Assembly: GCA_963796685.1 (NCBI GenBank)
Contig: CAWCMR010000025.1
Coordinates: 480,001-544,000, forward strand
Reading direction: 5' to 3'
DNA: 64,000 bases
Source of the DNA: an uncultured delta proteobacterium
GTDB lineage: Bacteria > Myxococcota_A > Polyangia > Fen-1088
Positions 1-8,759 of this stretch are shown in pieces (positions within the stretch are counted from its first letter, which is position 1; the number at the start of each line of letters is the position of its first letter). The translations under genes were made by a program, and so were the position numbers. The notes below the pieces were generated by a model, which was not told the DNA's origin, made no database searches, and saw only the letters and a program-made list of their open reading frames with translations.

Positions 1-483
1 GAATTCGTCCTGTCCGGTCTGCGCAAGGCCACCAAGGGCGAGGTCGAGGTCGAGGTCACCTTCGAGATCTCGGCCGACGGCATCGTCAGCGTGTCGGCAC
101 AGGACATGGAGACCGGCGCCGAGCAATCCATCACGGTCACTGCCACCAGCAGCCTGACCGAAAGCGAAATCGCGCGCATGGCGACCGAGAACCAGGACCA
201 CATGGTGGCCGCGCGCGCCGAAGAGGAAGTCGAGAAAGAGCGCCAACGCATCGAGAAGCTGGTCGACGAGGCCGAGGCGCTTCTGCCCAAGGTCGAGGAG
301 ATCCTGGCCGGCACGCCGTTTGGCGAGGACAGCCTGGACAACGTGCGCTTGATTCTGGACGATGCGCGCATGGCGGTCGAGCGCCGAGACGCCGGCGGCC
401 TGGAGCAGGTGGCCGAGCCGCTCCTGCGCACCCTCAACATGTTCCGCGGCGTGGTCGACAGCGGCCGACTGCGCTCGAGCTAG
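1..483 (+). CDS. dnaK: Hsp70/DnaK-family chaperone, C-terminal part (5' truncated by window edge)
   Basis: Frame 1 is open from base 1: EFVLSGLRKATKGEVEVEVTFEISADGIVSVSAQDMETGAEQSITV matches the DnaK substrate-binding domain, followed by a helical lid. Could be a paralog rather than the main dnaK. Confidence 0.85.
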   Translation, partial: EFVLSGLRKATKGEVEVEVTFEISADGIVSVSAQDMETGAEQSITVTATSSLTESEIARMATENQDHMVAARAEEEVEKERQRIEKLVDEAEALLPKVEEILAGTPFGEDSLDNVRLILDDARMAVERRDAGGLEQVAEPLLRTLNMFRGVVDSGRLRSS

Positions 484-498
484 CGCAGCGAGGTTGAC

Positions 499-1368
499 GT
501 GCCGAAGGACGTAGCGCTGGAGATTCGACAGCTGGTCCAGCGTGGTTTCGACCACCACGAGCACGAGCGGGTCCACGACGCCTTGTCGGACTGGGAGACC
601 GCCCTGCGCCTGGATGCGCGCAACGCGCAGGTCAAGCGGCTGGTCGAGTTCGCACGCCAACGCGTGATCGAGCTCGAAGCCGGGCAACACCCATCGCCGT
701 CGCGGCGGGACACCGTCGAGTCGCCCATCCCGCAGTTCCTGGCCGCCCTGACCGAGCGCAAGTCGGACAAGGTCTCGGTTCCCGCCAGTCCCTTGCAAGA
801 CGGCCCCACGGCCAAGAACGCGGTCGGCAATCGCGAGACCCCGGAGAACGATTGGAGCCTCCTGGGCGTGACGGGCGGCGAGGTGACGAGGAACGTGGCG
901 GGCCCTGGCGCCGACGACAGGACAGCGTCGGATACCCTCGAGGACTTGCCGGTGGACGCCGCGGATATCCGAGCCAGCGCGAACGAGCTCCTCGGCGAGT
1001 GTCGGGCGGCCCTCAACGAGAATCGCGCCGGTCCGGCCTCCTTGGCTGCAGAAATGGCCTTGCAGCTTGCCGAACGCGCCCCGCCGCCGGGCGTGGACGA
1101 GCTCATCGAGCCATCCATGGCACTGTTCGAGCGAGCCTTCCGCGCCTTCATGGGCAACCCCCACGCGTGTCCGATCCGCGCCATTGCCACCGAAACCATC
1201 TCCGACCATGGGCTCGACCAGCGCGCCGCCTTCCTGATGTCGCGCATGGATGGCATGACCAGCATGGCCGACCTGATCGACAGCTCCGGCATGCCGCGCT
1301 TCGATGCCGTACGCCTGATGGCTTCCCTGCGCCGGGCCAAGGCCATCGACATCCTGCCGCCTTTGTAA
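499..1368 (+). CDS. Hypothetical myxobacterial protein (N-terminal TPR-like helix pair, C-terminal winged-helix-like segment)
   Basis: 289-aa ORF with typical codon bias, 15 bp after dnaK. Segments ALSDWETALRLDARN and DQRAAFLMSRMDGMTSMADLIDSSGMPRFDAVRLMASL. Confidence 0.7.
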   Translation: MPKDVALEIRQLVQRGFDHHEHERVHDALSDWETALRLDARNAQVKRLVEFARQRVIELEAGQHPSPSRRDTVESPIPQFLAALTERKSDKVSVPASPLQDGPTAKNAVGNRETPENDWSLLGVTGGEVTRNVAGPGADDRTASDTLEDLPVDAADIRASANELLGECRAALNENRAGPASLAAEMALQLAERAPPPGVDELIEPSMALFERAFRAFMGNPHACPIRAIATETISDHGLDQRAAFLMSRMDGMTSMADLIDSSGMPRFDAVRLMASLRRAKAIDILPPL

Positions 1369-1402
1369 TGGGAACCCTGGAAGGTTCCCAAACCCTCCCG
1401 CG

Positions 1403-3477
1403 GTCGAGTAGCCAGGGGAGGTTACCCTCCCCCAGCTCTCACAGAACCGGACTTGTGGGCCTCACATCCGGCTCTTCGGGACGCTGGCGTTCGGGAGCGA
1501 CCCGTAGTCCAGCGCCGGCATTGCTGCCCGCAGCTATCCTGGCTCCAGGGCCGGGTCCATGAAGTCCAAGGCGTGATGGTCCTTCCACCGCTCGGCCAGG
1601 CTGACAAGCCCGCGTTCGGCAAAATATGCGTTGCGCAGTCCTCGTTCAACTACCGATGTGTGGCTCAGCGCCCACCAGGAGCGATGCCCCTTGTAGACCC
1701 CTTGCCACGCGGTTTTCGGTCTCACCCCCAGGCTGATGAGGTGTCGTGCGATGAAGCGTCTGCGTTTCCAGTGCCGTAGCACTATCGCTCGCAGCCGCCG
1801 CCTGATGTGTGCGTCGAGTGCCTGCAGCGTCCGCTCTTCCGCGGCCGTGCAGATACAGAAGAAGCCGATCCATCCGAGCAAATACGCGTTGACCTGTTTG
1901 ATGCAGCCCTTGAGGGACTGCCCAAGGTTTCGCGGCGTCAGCTCTCGGACCTTCTCGTCAATGCGGCTTTTGCTCCGCGCCGACAGCAGCACCTCCGCTT
2001 CCCCCGTCAGCGGCTCGCGCCGCAGCCGGAATCCCAGAAAGTGCCGCTCTTCCGGTCGGGCCACCGCGCTCTTGGCCAAGTTCACCTTCAACCGCATCCG
2101 GCCTTCGATGAACTTGACCACGCTGGCCATCACACGCTGACCCGAGCGCTCGCTTCCGACGTAGATGTTGCAGTCGTCCGCATAGCGCACGAAGCGGTGA
2201 CCGCGTTGGGCAAGCTCGCGGTCGAGCTCGTCCAGCACGATATTGCTCAGTAACGGCGAAAGCGGACCACCTTGTGGCACTCCTTCTTCCGTCGCCACCA
2301 CCACTCCGTCGGGCATCACCACCTTGGCTTTCAGCATCTGCCAGATGAGCTCGATGAGCCGCCGGTCCTTAACCCTCTGTTCTAGCCGCGCCACCAGCCG
2401 TTGCCAGTGGACCCAGTCAAAGAACTTTTCCAGGTCGAGGTCGACCACCCATTCGTACCCTTCCTCCAGATACTGCTTGGCCTCGGCGATGGCCGTGTGA
2501 CAGCTGCGCCCAGGTCGGAAACCGTGGCTCGACGGGTGAAACGTCGGCTCATAATGCGGACCGAGCACTTGGTGCACGGCCTGCTGAACCACGCGGTCCA
2601 CCACGTTCGGTATGCCAAGGCCCCGCCGCCCGCCACCGCTCTTCGGTATCCATACCCGCCGGATGTCTCCGACTCGGTATGTCCCGTCGAGCAGCGACCG
2701 CGACAGCGCCGGTATCAGCGTCCCCAACCCCTTCGCCACTTCCCCCACGCTTTGCCGGTCCGGTCCAGGTGCGCCTTTGTTGGCCTTCACTTGCTCGAAC
2801 GCTCTTTTCAGGTTTCCTTCGCTCGCTACCTCCTCCATCGTCATGGGCGGCAAGGTCCTCTCTTCCTCGTTCCCCGACTTCGGCACCTCGCTCCGCGCAG
2901 GCACGGGTTGGCCCGGATCCGCTTGGGCGGTGGACCCTTTCGGGTTGTCGGCTGTCTCGGGAAACAGTCCGAGCTGCCTTGCCTCTTTGCTGGCCGTGGT
3001 CGCCTTCCCTCCCCGCCTTCTGGCGGTTGGAACCGGCTTTCGCCGGCCTTCCGGTATTACGCGACCATCCGACTCCTCTTGTCCCTTCTTCATCTCGTCC
3101 TTTCGTTCTCGATGAATTCCGCTTGCGATTCCTCGCCGCGGAGGCCAAGAGGTCTCTCCGGGTAAGAACGCAGAACTTCGCACCGACTCCGTCGCCACTA
3201 CGCGGGCCGCCCGACGAATATTGGGCTTTGCCGCCGAAGGCCAGCTTGCCCAGCGGTACCCACGCCTTACGGCGCTTCACTTTCGTTCGGTTCGGCGCTG
3301 CACCATAGACTTCCACCAGACACCTCCTCGCGGGAGACGGGCCTTGCGGCCCGTCTGGCCTGGTGCTCCAGACCGGCGCCCTTGTCTCGTAGGTGGGAGG
3401 TTCCCTCCGTCAGGGTCCCCAGAGGACTTGGCTATTTCATGGCTTCACCTCTTGTTCTGCGTCCATGCCGGACGCAC
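1403..3477 (-). mobile_element. Group II intron, copy 1 (class C-like, 2075 nt)
   Basis: Minus strand begins GTGCGTCCGGCATGG at 3477. Domain V GAGCCGGATGTGAGGCCCACAAGTCCGGTTC (1474-1444), then a domain VI hairpin with bulged A, ending CTACTCGAC at 1403. Boundaries coincide, within 1 nt, with where identity to copy 2 stops. Confidence 0.95.
1534..3093 (-). CDS. ltrA: Group II intron reverse transcriptase/maturase, no endonuclease domain
   Basis: Motifs NKGAPGPD, RGLGIP, SHGFRPGRS, DLDLEKFFD, GVPQGGPLSPLLSNI, RYADD, and a class-C type end WWALS...AYFAERGLVSL. Start taken at ATG 3093 (AAAGGA 4 nt upstream); MTMEEV at 2844 is an alternative. Confidence 0.95.
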   Translation of the reverse strand: MKKGQEESDGRVIPEGRRKPVPTARRRGGKATTASKEARQLGLFPETADNPKGSTAQADPGQPVPARSEVPKSGNEEERTLPPMTMEEVASEGNLKRAFEQVKANKGAPGPDRQSVGEVAKGLGTLIPALSRSLLDGTYRVGDIRRVWIPKSGGGRRGLGIPNVVDRVVQQAVHQVLGPHYEPTFHPSSHGFRPGRSCHTAIAEAKQYLEEGYEWVVDLDLEKFFDWVHWQRLVARLEQRVKDRRLIELIWQMLKAKVVMPDGVVVATEEGVPQGGPLSPLLSNIVLDELDRELAQRGHRFVRYADDCNIYVGSERSGQRVMASVVKFIEGRMRLKVNLAKSAVARPEERHFLGFRLRREPLTGEAEVLLSARSKSRIDEKVRELTPRNLGQSLKGCIKQVNAYLLGWIGFFCICTAAEERTLQALDAHIRRRLRAIVLRHWKRRRFIARHLISLGVRPKTAWQGVYKGHRSWWALSHTSVVERGLRNAYFAERGLVSLAERWKDHHALDFMDPALEPG

Positions 3478-3845
3478 CTATGGCTACGCCGGGCAAAGCC
3501 CGGCTTCGCCTACGCGATCATGGGAACCCTGACCTGAAACACCTCGCCCCGCGCAGCGGAGCGAAGCGGGGAGGAGAAGGGTCCCATACCCTCGGCCCCT
3601 ACCCGCCACCCGCCACCCCGCTCGCTTCGCTCGGCCTCGCGCGCTATGGCTTCGCCAGGCGAAGCCGGCCTCCGCCTACGCGGTAATCGGAACCCTGGGA
3701 GGGCAGCCCTTTCAAGGTGCGGGCAGTGGCCGAGAGCCGCGCCTCTCCCCATCGGGGACAGGCCGCCGACGTCCGCGGCGGCGGGTGAGGGGTCCGAGGT
3801 GGGCGTGGCTTCTCTTCCCCTCTCCGGCCGCGCTTCGCGCGTCGG
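3478..3845. repeat. Spacer between the introns, made of nested palindromic (REP/RIME-like) repeats
   Basis: 54-bp direct repeat 3478-3531 vs 3644-3697 (9 mismatches by hand alignment). About 3712-3771 recurs at about 6007-6056, about 3605-3635 at about 6056-6086, and about 3533-3567 at about 42126-42161. Several GC hairpins. Confidence 0.8.
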
Positions 3846-5921
3846 GTCGAGTAGCCAGGGGAGGTTACCCTCCCCCAGCTCTCACAGAACCGGACTTGTG
3901 GGCCTCACATCCGGCTCTTCGGGACGCTGGCGTTCGGGAGCGACCCGTAGTCCAGCGCCGGCATTGCTGCCCGCAGCTATCCTGGCTCCAGGGCCGGGTC
4001 CATGAAGTCCAAGGCGTGATGGTCCTTCCACCGCTCGGCCAGGCTGACAAGCCCGCGTTCGGCAAAATATGCGTTGCGCAGTCCTCGTTCAACTACCGAT
4101 GTGTGGCTCAGCGCCCACCAGGAGCGATGCCCCTTGTAGACCCCTTGCCACGCGGTTTTCGGTCTCACCCCCAGGCTGATGAGGTGTCGTGCGATGAAGC
4201 GTCTGCGTTTCCAGTGCCGTAGCACTATCGCTCGCAGCCGCCGCCTGATGTGTGCGTCGAGTGCCTGCAGCGTCCGCTCTTCCGCGGCCGTGCAGATACA
4301 GAAGAAGCCGATCCATCCGAGCAAATACGCGTTGACCTGTTTGATGCAGCCCTTGAGGGACTGCCCAAGGTTTCGCGGCGTCAGCTCTCGGACCTTCTCG
4401 TCAATGCGGCTTTTGCTCCGCGCCGACAGCAGCACCTCCGCTTCCCCCGTCAGCGGCTCGCGCCGCAGCCGGAATCCCAGAAAGTGCCGCTCTTCCGGTC
4501 GGGCCACCGCGCTCTTGGCCAAGTTCACCTTCAACCGCATCCGGCCTTCGATGAACTTGACCACGCTGGCCATCACACGCTGACCCGAGCGCTCGCTTCC
4601 GACGTAGATGTTGCAGTCGTCCGCATAGCGCACGAAGCGGTGACCGCGTTGGGCAAGCTCGCGGTCGAGCTCGTCCAGCACGATATTGCTCAGTAACGGC
4701 GAAAGCGGACCACCTTGTGGCACTCCTTCTTCCGTCGCCACCACCACTCCGTCGGGCATCACCACCTTGGCTTTCAGCATCTGCCAGATGAGCTCGATGA
4801 GCCGCCGGTCCTTAACCCTCTGTTCTAGCCGCGCCACCAGCCGTTGCCAGTGGACCCGGTCAAAGAACTTTTCCAGGTCGAGGTCGACCACCCATTCGTA
4901 CCCTTCCTCCAGATACTGCTTGGCCTCGGCGATGGCCGTGTGACAGGCTGCGCCCAGGTCGGAAACCGTGGCTCGACGGGTGAAACGTCGGCTCATAATG
5001 CGGACCGAGCACTTGGTGCACGGCCTGCTGAACCACGCGGTCCACCACGTTCGGTATGCCAAGGCCCCGCCGCCCGCCACCGCTCTTCGGTATCCATACC
5101 CGCCGGATGTCTCCGACTCGGTATGTCCCGTCGAGCAGCGACCGCGACAGCGCCGGTATCAGCGTCCCCAACCCCTTCGCCACTTCCCCCACGCTTTGCC
5201 GGTCCGGTCCAGGTGCGCCTTTGTTGGCCTTCACTTGCTCGAACGCTCTTTTCAGGTTTCCTTCGCTCGCTACCTCCTCCATCGTCATGGGCGGCAAGGT
5301 CCTCTCTTCCTCGTTCCCCGACTTCGGCACCTCGCTCCGCGCAGGCACGGGTTGGCCCGGATCCGCTTGGGCGGTGGTCCCTTTCGGGTTGTCGGCTGTC
5401 TCGGGAAACCGTCCGAGCTGCCTTGCCTCTTTGCTGGCCGTGGTCGCCTTCCCTCCCCGCCTTCTGGCGGTTGGAACCGGCTTTCGCCGGCCTTCCGGTA
5501 TTACGCGACCATCCGACTCCTCTTGTCCCTTCTTCATCTCGTCCTTTCGTTCTCGATGAATTCCGCTTGCGATTCCTCGCCGCGGAGGCCAAGAGGTCTC
5601 TCCGGGTAAGAACGCAGAACTTCGCACCGACTCCGTCGCCACTACGCGGGCCGCCCGACGAATATTGGGCTTTGCCGCCGAAGGCCAGCTTGCCCAGCGG
5701 TACCCACGCCTTACGGCGCTTCACTTTCGTTCGGTTCGGCGCTGCACCATAGACTTCCACCAGACACCTCCTCGCGGGAGACGGGCCTTGCGGCCCGTCT
5801 GGCCTGGTGCTCCAGACCGGCGCCCTTGTCTCGTAGGTGGGAGGTTCCCTCCGTCAGGGTCCCCAGAGGACTTGGCTATTTCATGGCTTCACCTCTTGTT
5901 CTGCGTCCATGCCGGACGCAC
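3846..5921 (-). mobile_element. Group II intron, copy 2 (2076 nt, near-identical to copy 1)
   Basis: Same GTGCG...CTACTCGAC ends. Offset from copy 1 is 2443 before and 2444 after an extra G near 4946. Confidence 0.95.
3977..5537 (-). pseudogene. ltrA: Intron RT/maturase of copy 2, split by a +1 frameshift near 4946 (possibly a sequencing error)
   Basis: TGACAGGCTG here vs TGACAGCTG in copy 1. The two halves appear as ORFs 4860..5642 and 3977..5080. Confidence 0.85.
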
Positions 5922-6190
5922 CCTCTCCCCGCGTGCCCGCGGGGCGAGGCGATACGGCCGCTACGCGGCCCCCTACAAAACAGCGGTCGGGCTCAGAGAC
6001 GGGCTCTCAAGGTGCGGGCAGTAGCCGAGAGCCGCGCCTCTCCCCATCGGGGACAGCCACCCGCCTCCCCGCTCGCTTCGCTCGGCGGCGCCCTCTGGCG
6101 AAGCCGCGCGGGTGAGGCGGGGAGGTCGAGGTCCTGAAGCACCGACGAAGTCGGTGGGCATAGCCCGGCTACGTCGCTCCGCGTAGCCCT
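5922..6190. repeat. Continuation of the palindromic repeat array; hairpin directly 5' of intron copy 2
   Basis: CCTCTCCCCGCG-TGCC-CGCGGGGCGAGG hairpin at 5922-5949. Shares segments with 3605-3771. Confidence 0.7.
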
Positions 6191-6263
6191 AATCCCGGCA
6201 ATCCCGCGACAAGAAAGGCGACAGCGCGGAAGGCACCAGAAGGGGTCACCTTTCCACGACGGA

Positions 6264-6340
6264 CACGCGCACCCAATCGGAGCGATGACGGGTAGTCGTG
6301 GACGTGGACGGCTTACCGTGGCCGTGGCCGTGGCCGTGGC
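6264..6340. repeat. Dispersed (CGTGGC/CGTGGA)n-containing element, copy A
   Basis: Reverse complement matches 41436-41495 (both translate as HG[K/E]PSTSTTTRHRSD). Partial third copy near 52541-52571. Confidence 0.75.
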
Positions 6341-6575
6341 GATCACAAGCGAAACCACGGCCGCAACAACGACCTTCTGCGGCTATCGCGGGATGATGGC
6401 GTAGCTCCGCGCAGCGAGGCGGGACCGGGGGACTGCGAGCGAGAGCGAGCCAGTCCCCCGCAAGATACAAGGGGCTCTGCCACGCTTCTGCGCACCCTCG
6501 GCTCGGGCTCGCGGTCCGACCTCTACGTCCTCTTTTCCGCTCTCTGCGCCCTCTCCTTGTGGTAAGTCGTCGGCC

Positions 6576-7769
6576 ATGAAGATCGTGCTCGCATACTCCG
6601 GGGGACTCGATACTTCCGTCGTCATCGGCTGGCTGCGGGAGAAATACCAGGCCGAGGTCGTGGCCTTTTGCTCCGACGTCGGCCAGCAAGAGGATCTGGA
6701 AGCGGCCCGCAAGAAGGCCCTGGCCTGCGGCGCCATCGCGTGCCACGTGTACGACCAACGCGACGAGTTCGTGCGCGACTTCGTGTATCCGGCGGTGCGT
6801 GCCCAGGCCATCTACCAGGGCGAGTACTACCTCGGTACCTCGCTGGCCCGGCCGTGCATCGTGCGCGGCATGATGGAGGTCGCGGCCAAGGAAAACACCC
6901 ACGTCATCTCGCACGGATCCACCGGCAAGGGCAACGATCAGGTGCGCTTCGAGCTCGGTGCCTACTGGTTCAACCCGCAGGTGAAAATCATCGCGCCCTG
7001 GCGCGAGTGGGACTTCAAGTCGCGCTCCGAGCTCATCGCCTTCGCGCATTCGCACAACATCCCCGTGGAAGCCTCCACGGCCAAGCCATACTCCATCGAC
7101 CGCAACCTGCTGCACACGAGCTACGAGGGTGGCATTCTGGAAGACCCCGACAAGGAGCCCCCGGCCGAGATGTTCCAGCGCACCGTCGATCCGCGCAAGG
7201 CGCCCGACCAGCCGCGCGACGTGGCCATCAGCTTCGAAAAAGGCACGCCCGTCGCCGTCGACGGCAAGGCCATGGGTCCGGCCGCGCTGCTCACAGAGCT
7301 GAACAAGCTCGCCGGCGAGCACGGTGTGGGCCGCGCCGACGTGGTGGAAGATCGCTTCGTGGGCATGAAGAGCCGCGGCGTGTACGAGACACCAGGCGGA
7401 ACCGTGCTCTACAAGGCCCACCGGGGCGTCTCCTCGCTGACCATGGACCGCGAGTCCATGCGCCTGCGCGACACCTTGGCCGTCGAGTATTCCACCCTCG
7501 TCTACCGCGGCTTCTGGTTCTCGCCCGAGCGCGAAGCCTTGCAGAAGCTCGTCGACACCATCAACGAGCCGGTCACCGGCACCGCGCGCTTACGCCTCTA
7601 TAAGGGTGGTCTCACCCTCATCGGCCGCAGCGCCCCGAAGTCGCTGTACCGCGCCGACATCGTCACCTTCGAAGACGACGGCGGCGCCTACGACCAGCGC
7701 GACGCGGGCGGCTTCATCCGCCTGAACGCGCTTCGCCTGCGCACCATGGCGAGCATTCGCGCCAAGTAA
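6576..7769 (+). CDS. argG: Argininosuccinate synthase
   Basis: LAYSGGLDTS, HGSTGKGNDQVRFE, SIDRNLLHTSYEGG, GMKSRGVYETPGG. Confidence 0.98.
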   Translation: MKIVLAYSGGLDTSVVIGWLREKYQAEVVAFCSDVGQQEDLEAARKKALACGAIACHVYDQRDEFVRDFVYPAVRAQAIYQGEYYLGTSLARPCIVRGMMEVAAKENTHVISHGSTGKGNDQVRFELGAYWFNPQVKIIAPWREWDFKSRSELIAFAHSHNIPVEASTAKPYSIDRNLLHTSYEGGILEDPDKEPPAEMFQRTVDPRKAPDQPRDVAISFEKGTPVAVDGKAMGPAALLTELNKLAGEHGVGRADVVEDRFVGMKSRGVYETPGGTVLYKAHRGVSSLTMDRESMRLRDTLAVEYSTLVYRGFWFSPEREALQKLVDTINEPVTGTARLRLYKGGLTLIGRSAPKSLYRADIVTFEDDGGAYDQRDAGGFIRLNALRLRTMASIRAK

Positions 7770-7830
7770 CCGCCCGGCACGCGGGGATTGCCCCAGGAAA
7801 CTTTCGACTCGGTGGTGCCGATAGACATGC

Positions 7831-8223
7831 ATGCCACCCACACTACCCCCAGTCGAACTTGTCATAGCGGGAGCTTTCGAGCATGATAGCCGGGCTGTTT
7901 CCATGTGTTCCGGTACTTGGTTCGGTAGGCTCTGGTCTCGTCTTGGGGCCAGCGTTGTGCAAGACATCCCGTCGGGCCTTGAAGAGTGCGAGTCCTGTCG
8001 GGAAGTAGACTGCACGCAAGAGCGCTGGCTAACCTGCGCGAGGCGTCTCGACGCCTTGGCCGAACATGAAAGCGCTTGCTGCCGTGCCGCGCCGTCCACA
8101 GCCGCGCGCTCGGATGAAATGCCCGGTATCGGCACTGCGGATGGCATGCAGGCCCAGCCTGATGAGTCGGGAACCGGCGAGAGCAGCGACCCCAGCGAGC
8201 GTGTCTCGTCGTCTGGCGAGTAA
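7831..8223 (+). CDS. Small Cys-rich hypothetical protein (true start may be ATG 7903)
   Basis: ECESCREVDCTQERWLTCARRL cluster. Fills the gap between argG and the next gene; codon bias weak. Confidence 0.45.
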   Translation: MPPTLPPVELVIAGAFEHDSRAVSMCSGTWFGRLWSRLGASVVQDIPSGLEECESCREVDCTQERWLTCARRLDALAEHESACCRAAPSTAARSDEMPGIGTADGMQAQPDESGTGESSDPSERVSSSGE

Positions 8224-8232
8224 CGGCTCCAC

Positions 8233-8712
8233 GTGCGGCGGATTCTCGTCTCGCGCTTTTCCGACCTGCTGATGCTGGGAATCGCCGTGCTGTCCGCATG
8301 GCCGGTTCGCGCGCAGAGCATGGCGTCCTGTCCATGGCTATCCGAGCCATCCGAGCTCCCCGAGCTATCCAGGCCTCCGGCCGGCACCATCGAAAGTCGT
8401 ATCGATCCGCCGAAGGGGTTCAGACGCCCAAGCGTCCCACCCGGGAGCTTCGCCGCCTGGCTGCGTGGCCTGCCGGTCAAGCCAGGCCGCCCGCCGGTTC
8501 GACTGTTCGACGGCAGGTTGAAATCGAATCAAGAGGCCCACCACGTGGTGCTGGAAGTGGATGTGGGCAGGCGCGACCTGCAACAGTGTGCCGACGCGAT
8601 CATGCGGCTGCGAGCCGAGTATCTTCGTCATGCCGACCGGGACGGCGAGGTCTGCTTTCGCTTCACGAACGGCACGCCCGCGCGCTGGAGCGAGTGGCGA
8701 AAGGGCATGCGC
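8233..8712 (+). pseudogene. DUF4846-family exported protein, 3'-truncated
   Basis: Signal peptide, then TIESRIDPPKGFRR, SFAAWLRGLP, DLQQCADAIMRLRAEYL. Similarity ends at WRKGMR and the frame soon runs antisense through alkD. Confidence 0.7.
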
Positions 8713-8759
8713 CTGTGCGCCCAAGAGCGCGACCAGCGAGAAGGCAGCGAACGCCGGCA

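Noticed and set aside
1-6. Window starts with an EcoRI site (GAATTC)
   Set aside because: Further internal GAATTC sites exist and it lies in frame within dnaK; treated as coincidence.
3478-3845. CRISPR array or integron attC array
   Set aside because: The repeats are degenerate, nested and irregularly spaced. No RYYYAAC/GTTRRRY ends, cassette ORFs, integrase or cas genes.
1403-5921. Retron, DGR or CRISPR-associated RT system
   Set aside because: The RT lies inside clear group II intron ends with DV/DVI. No msr/msd, TR/VR pair or cas genes.
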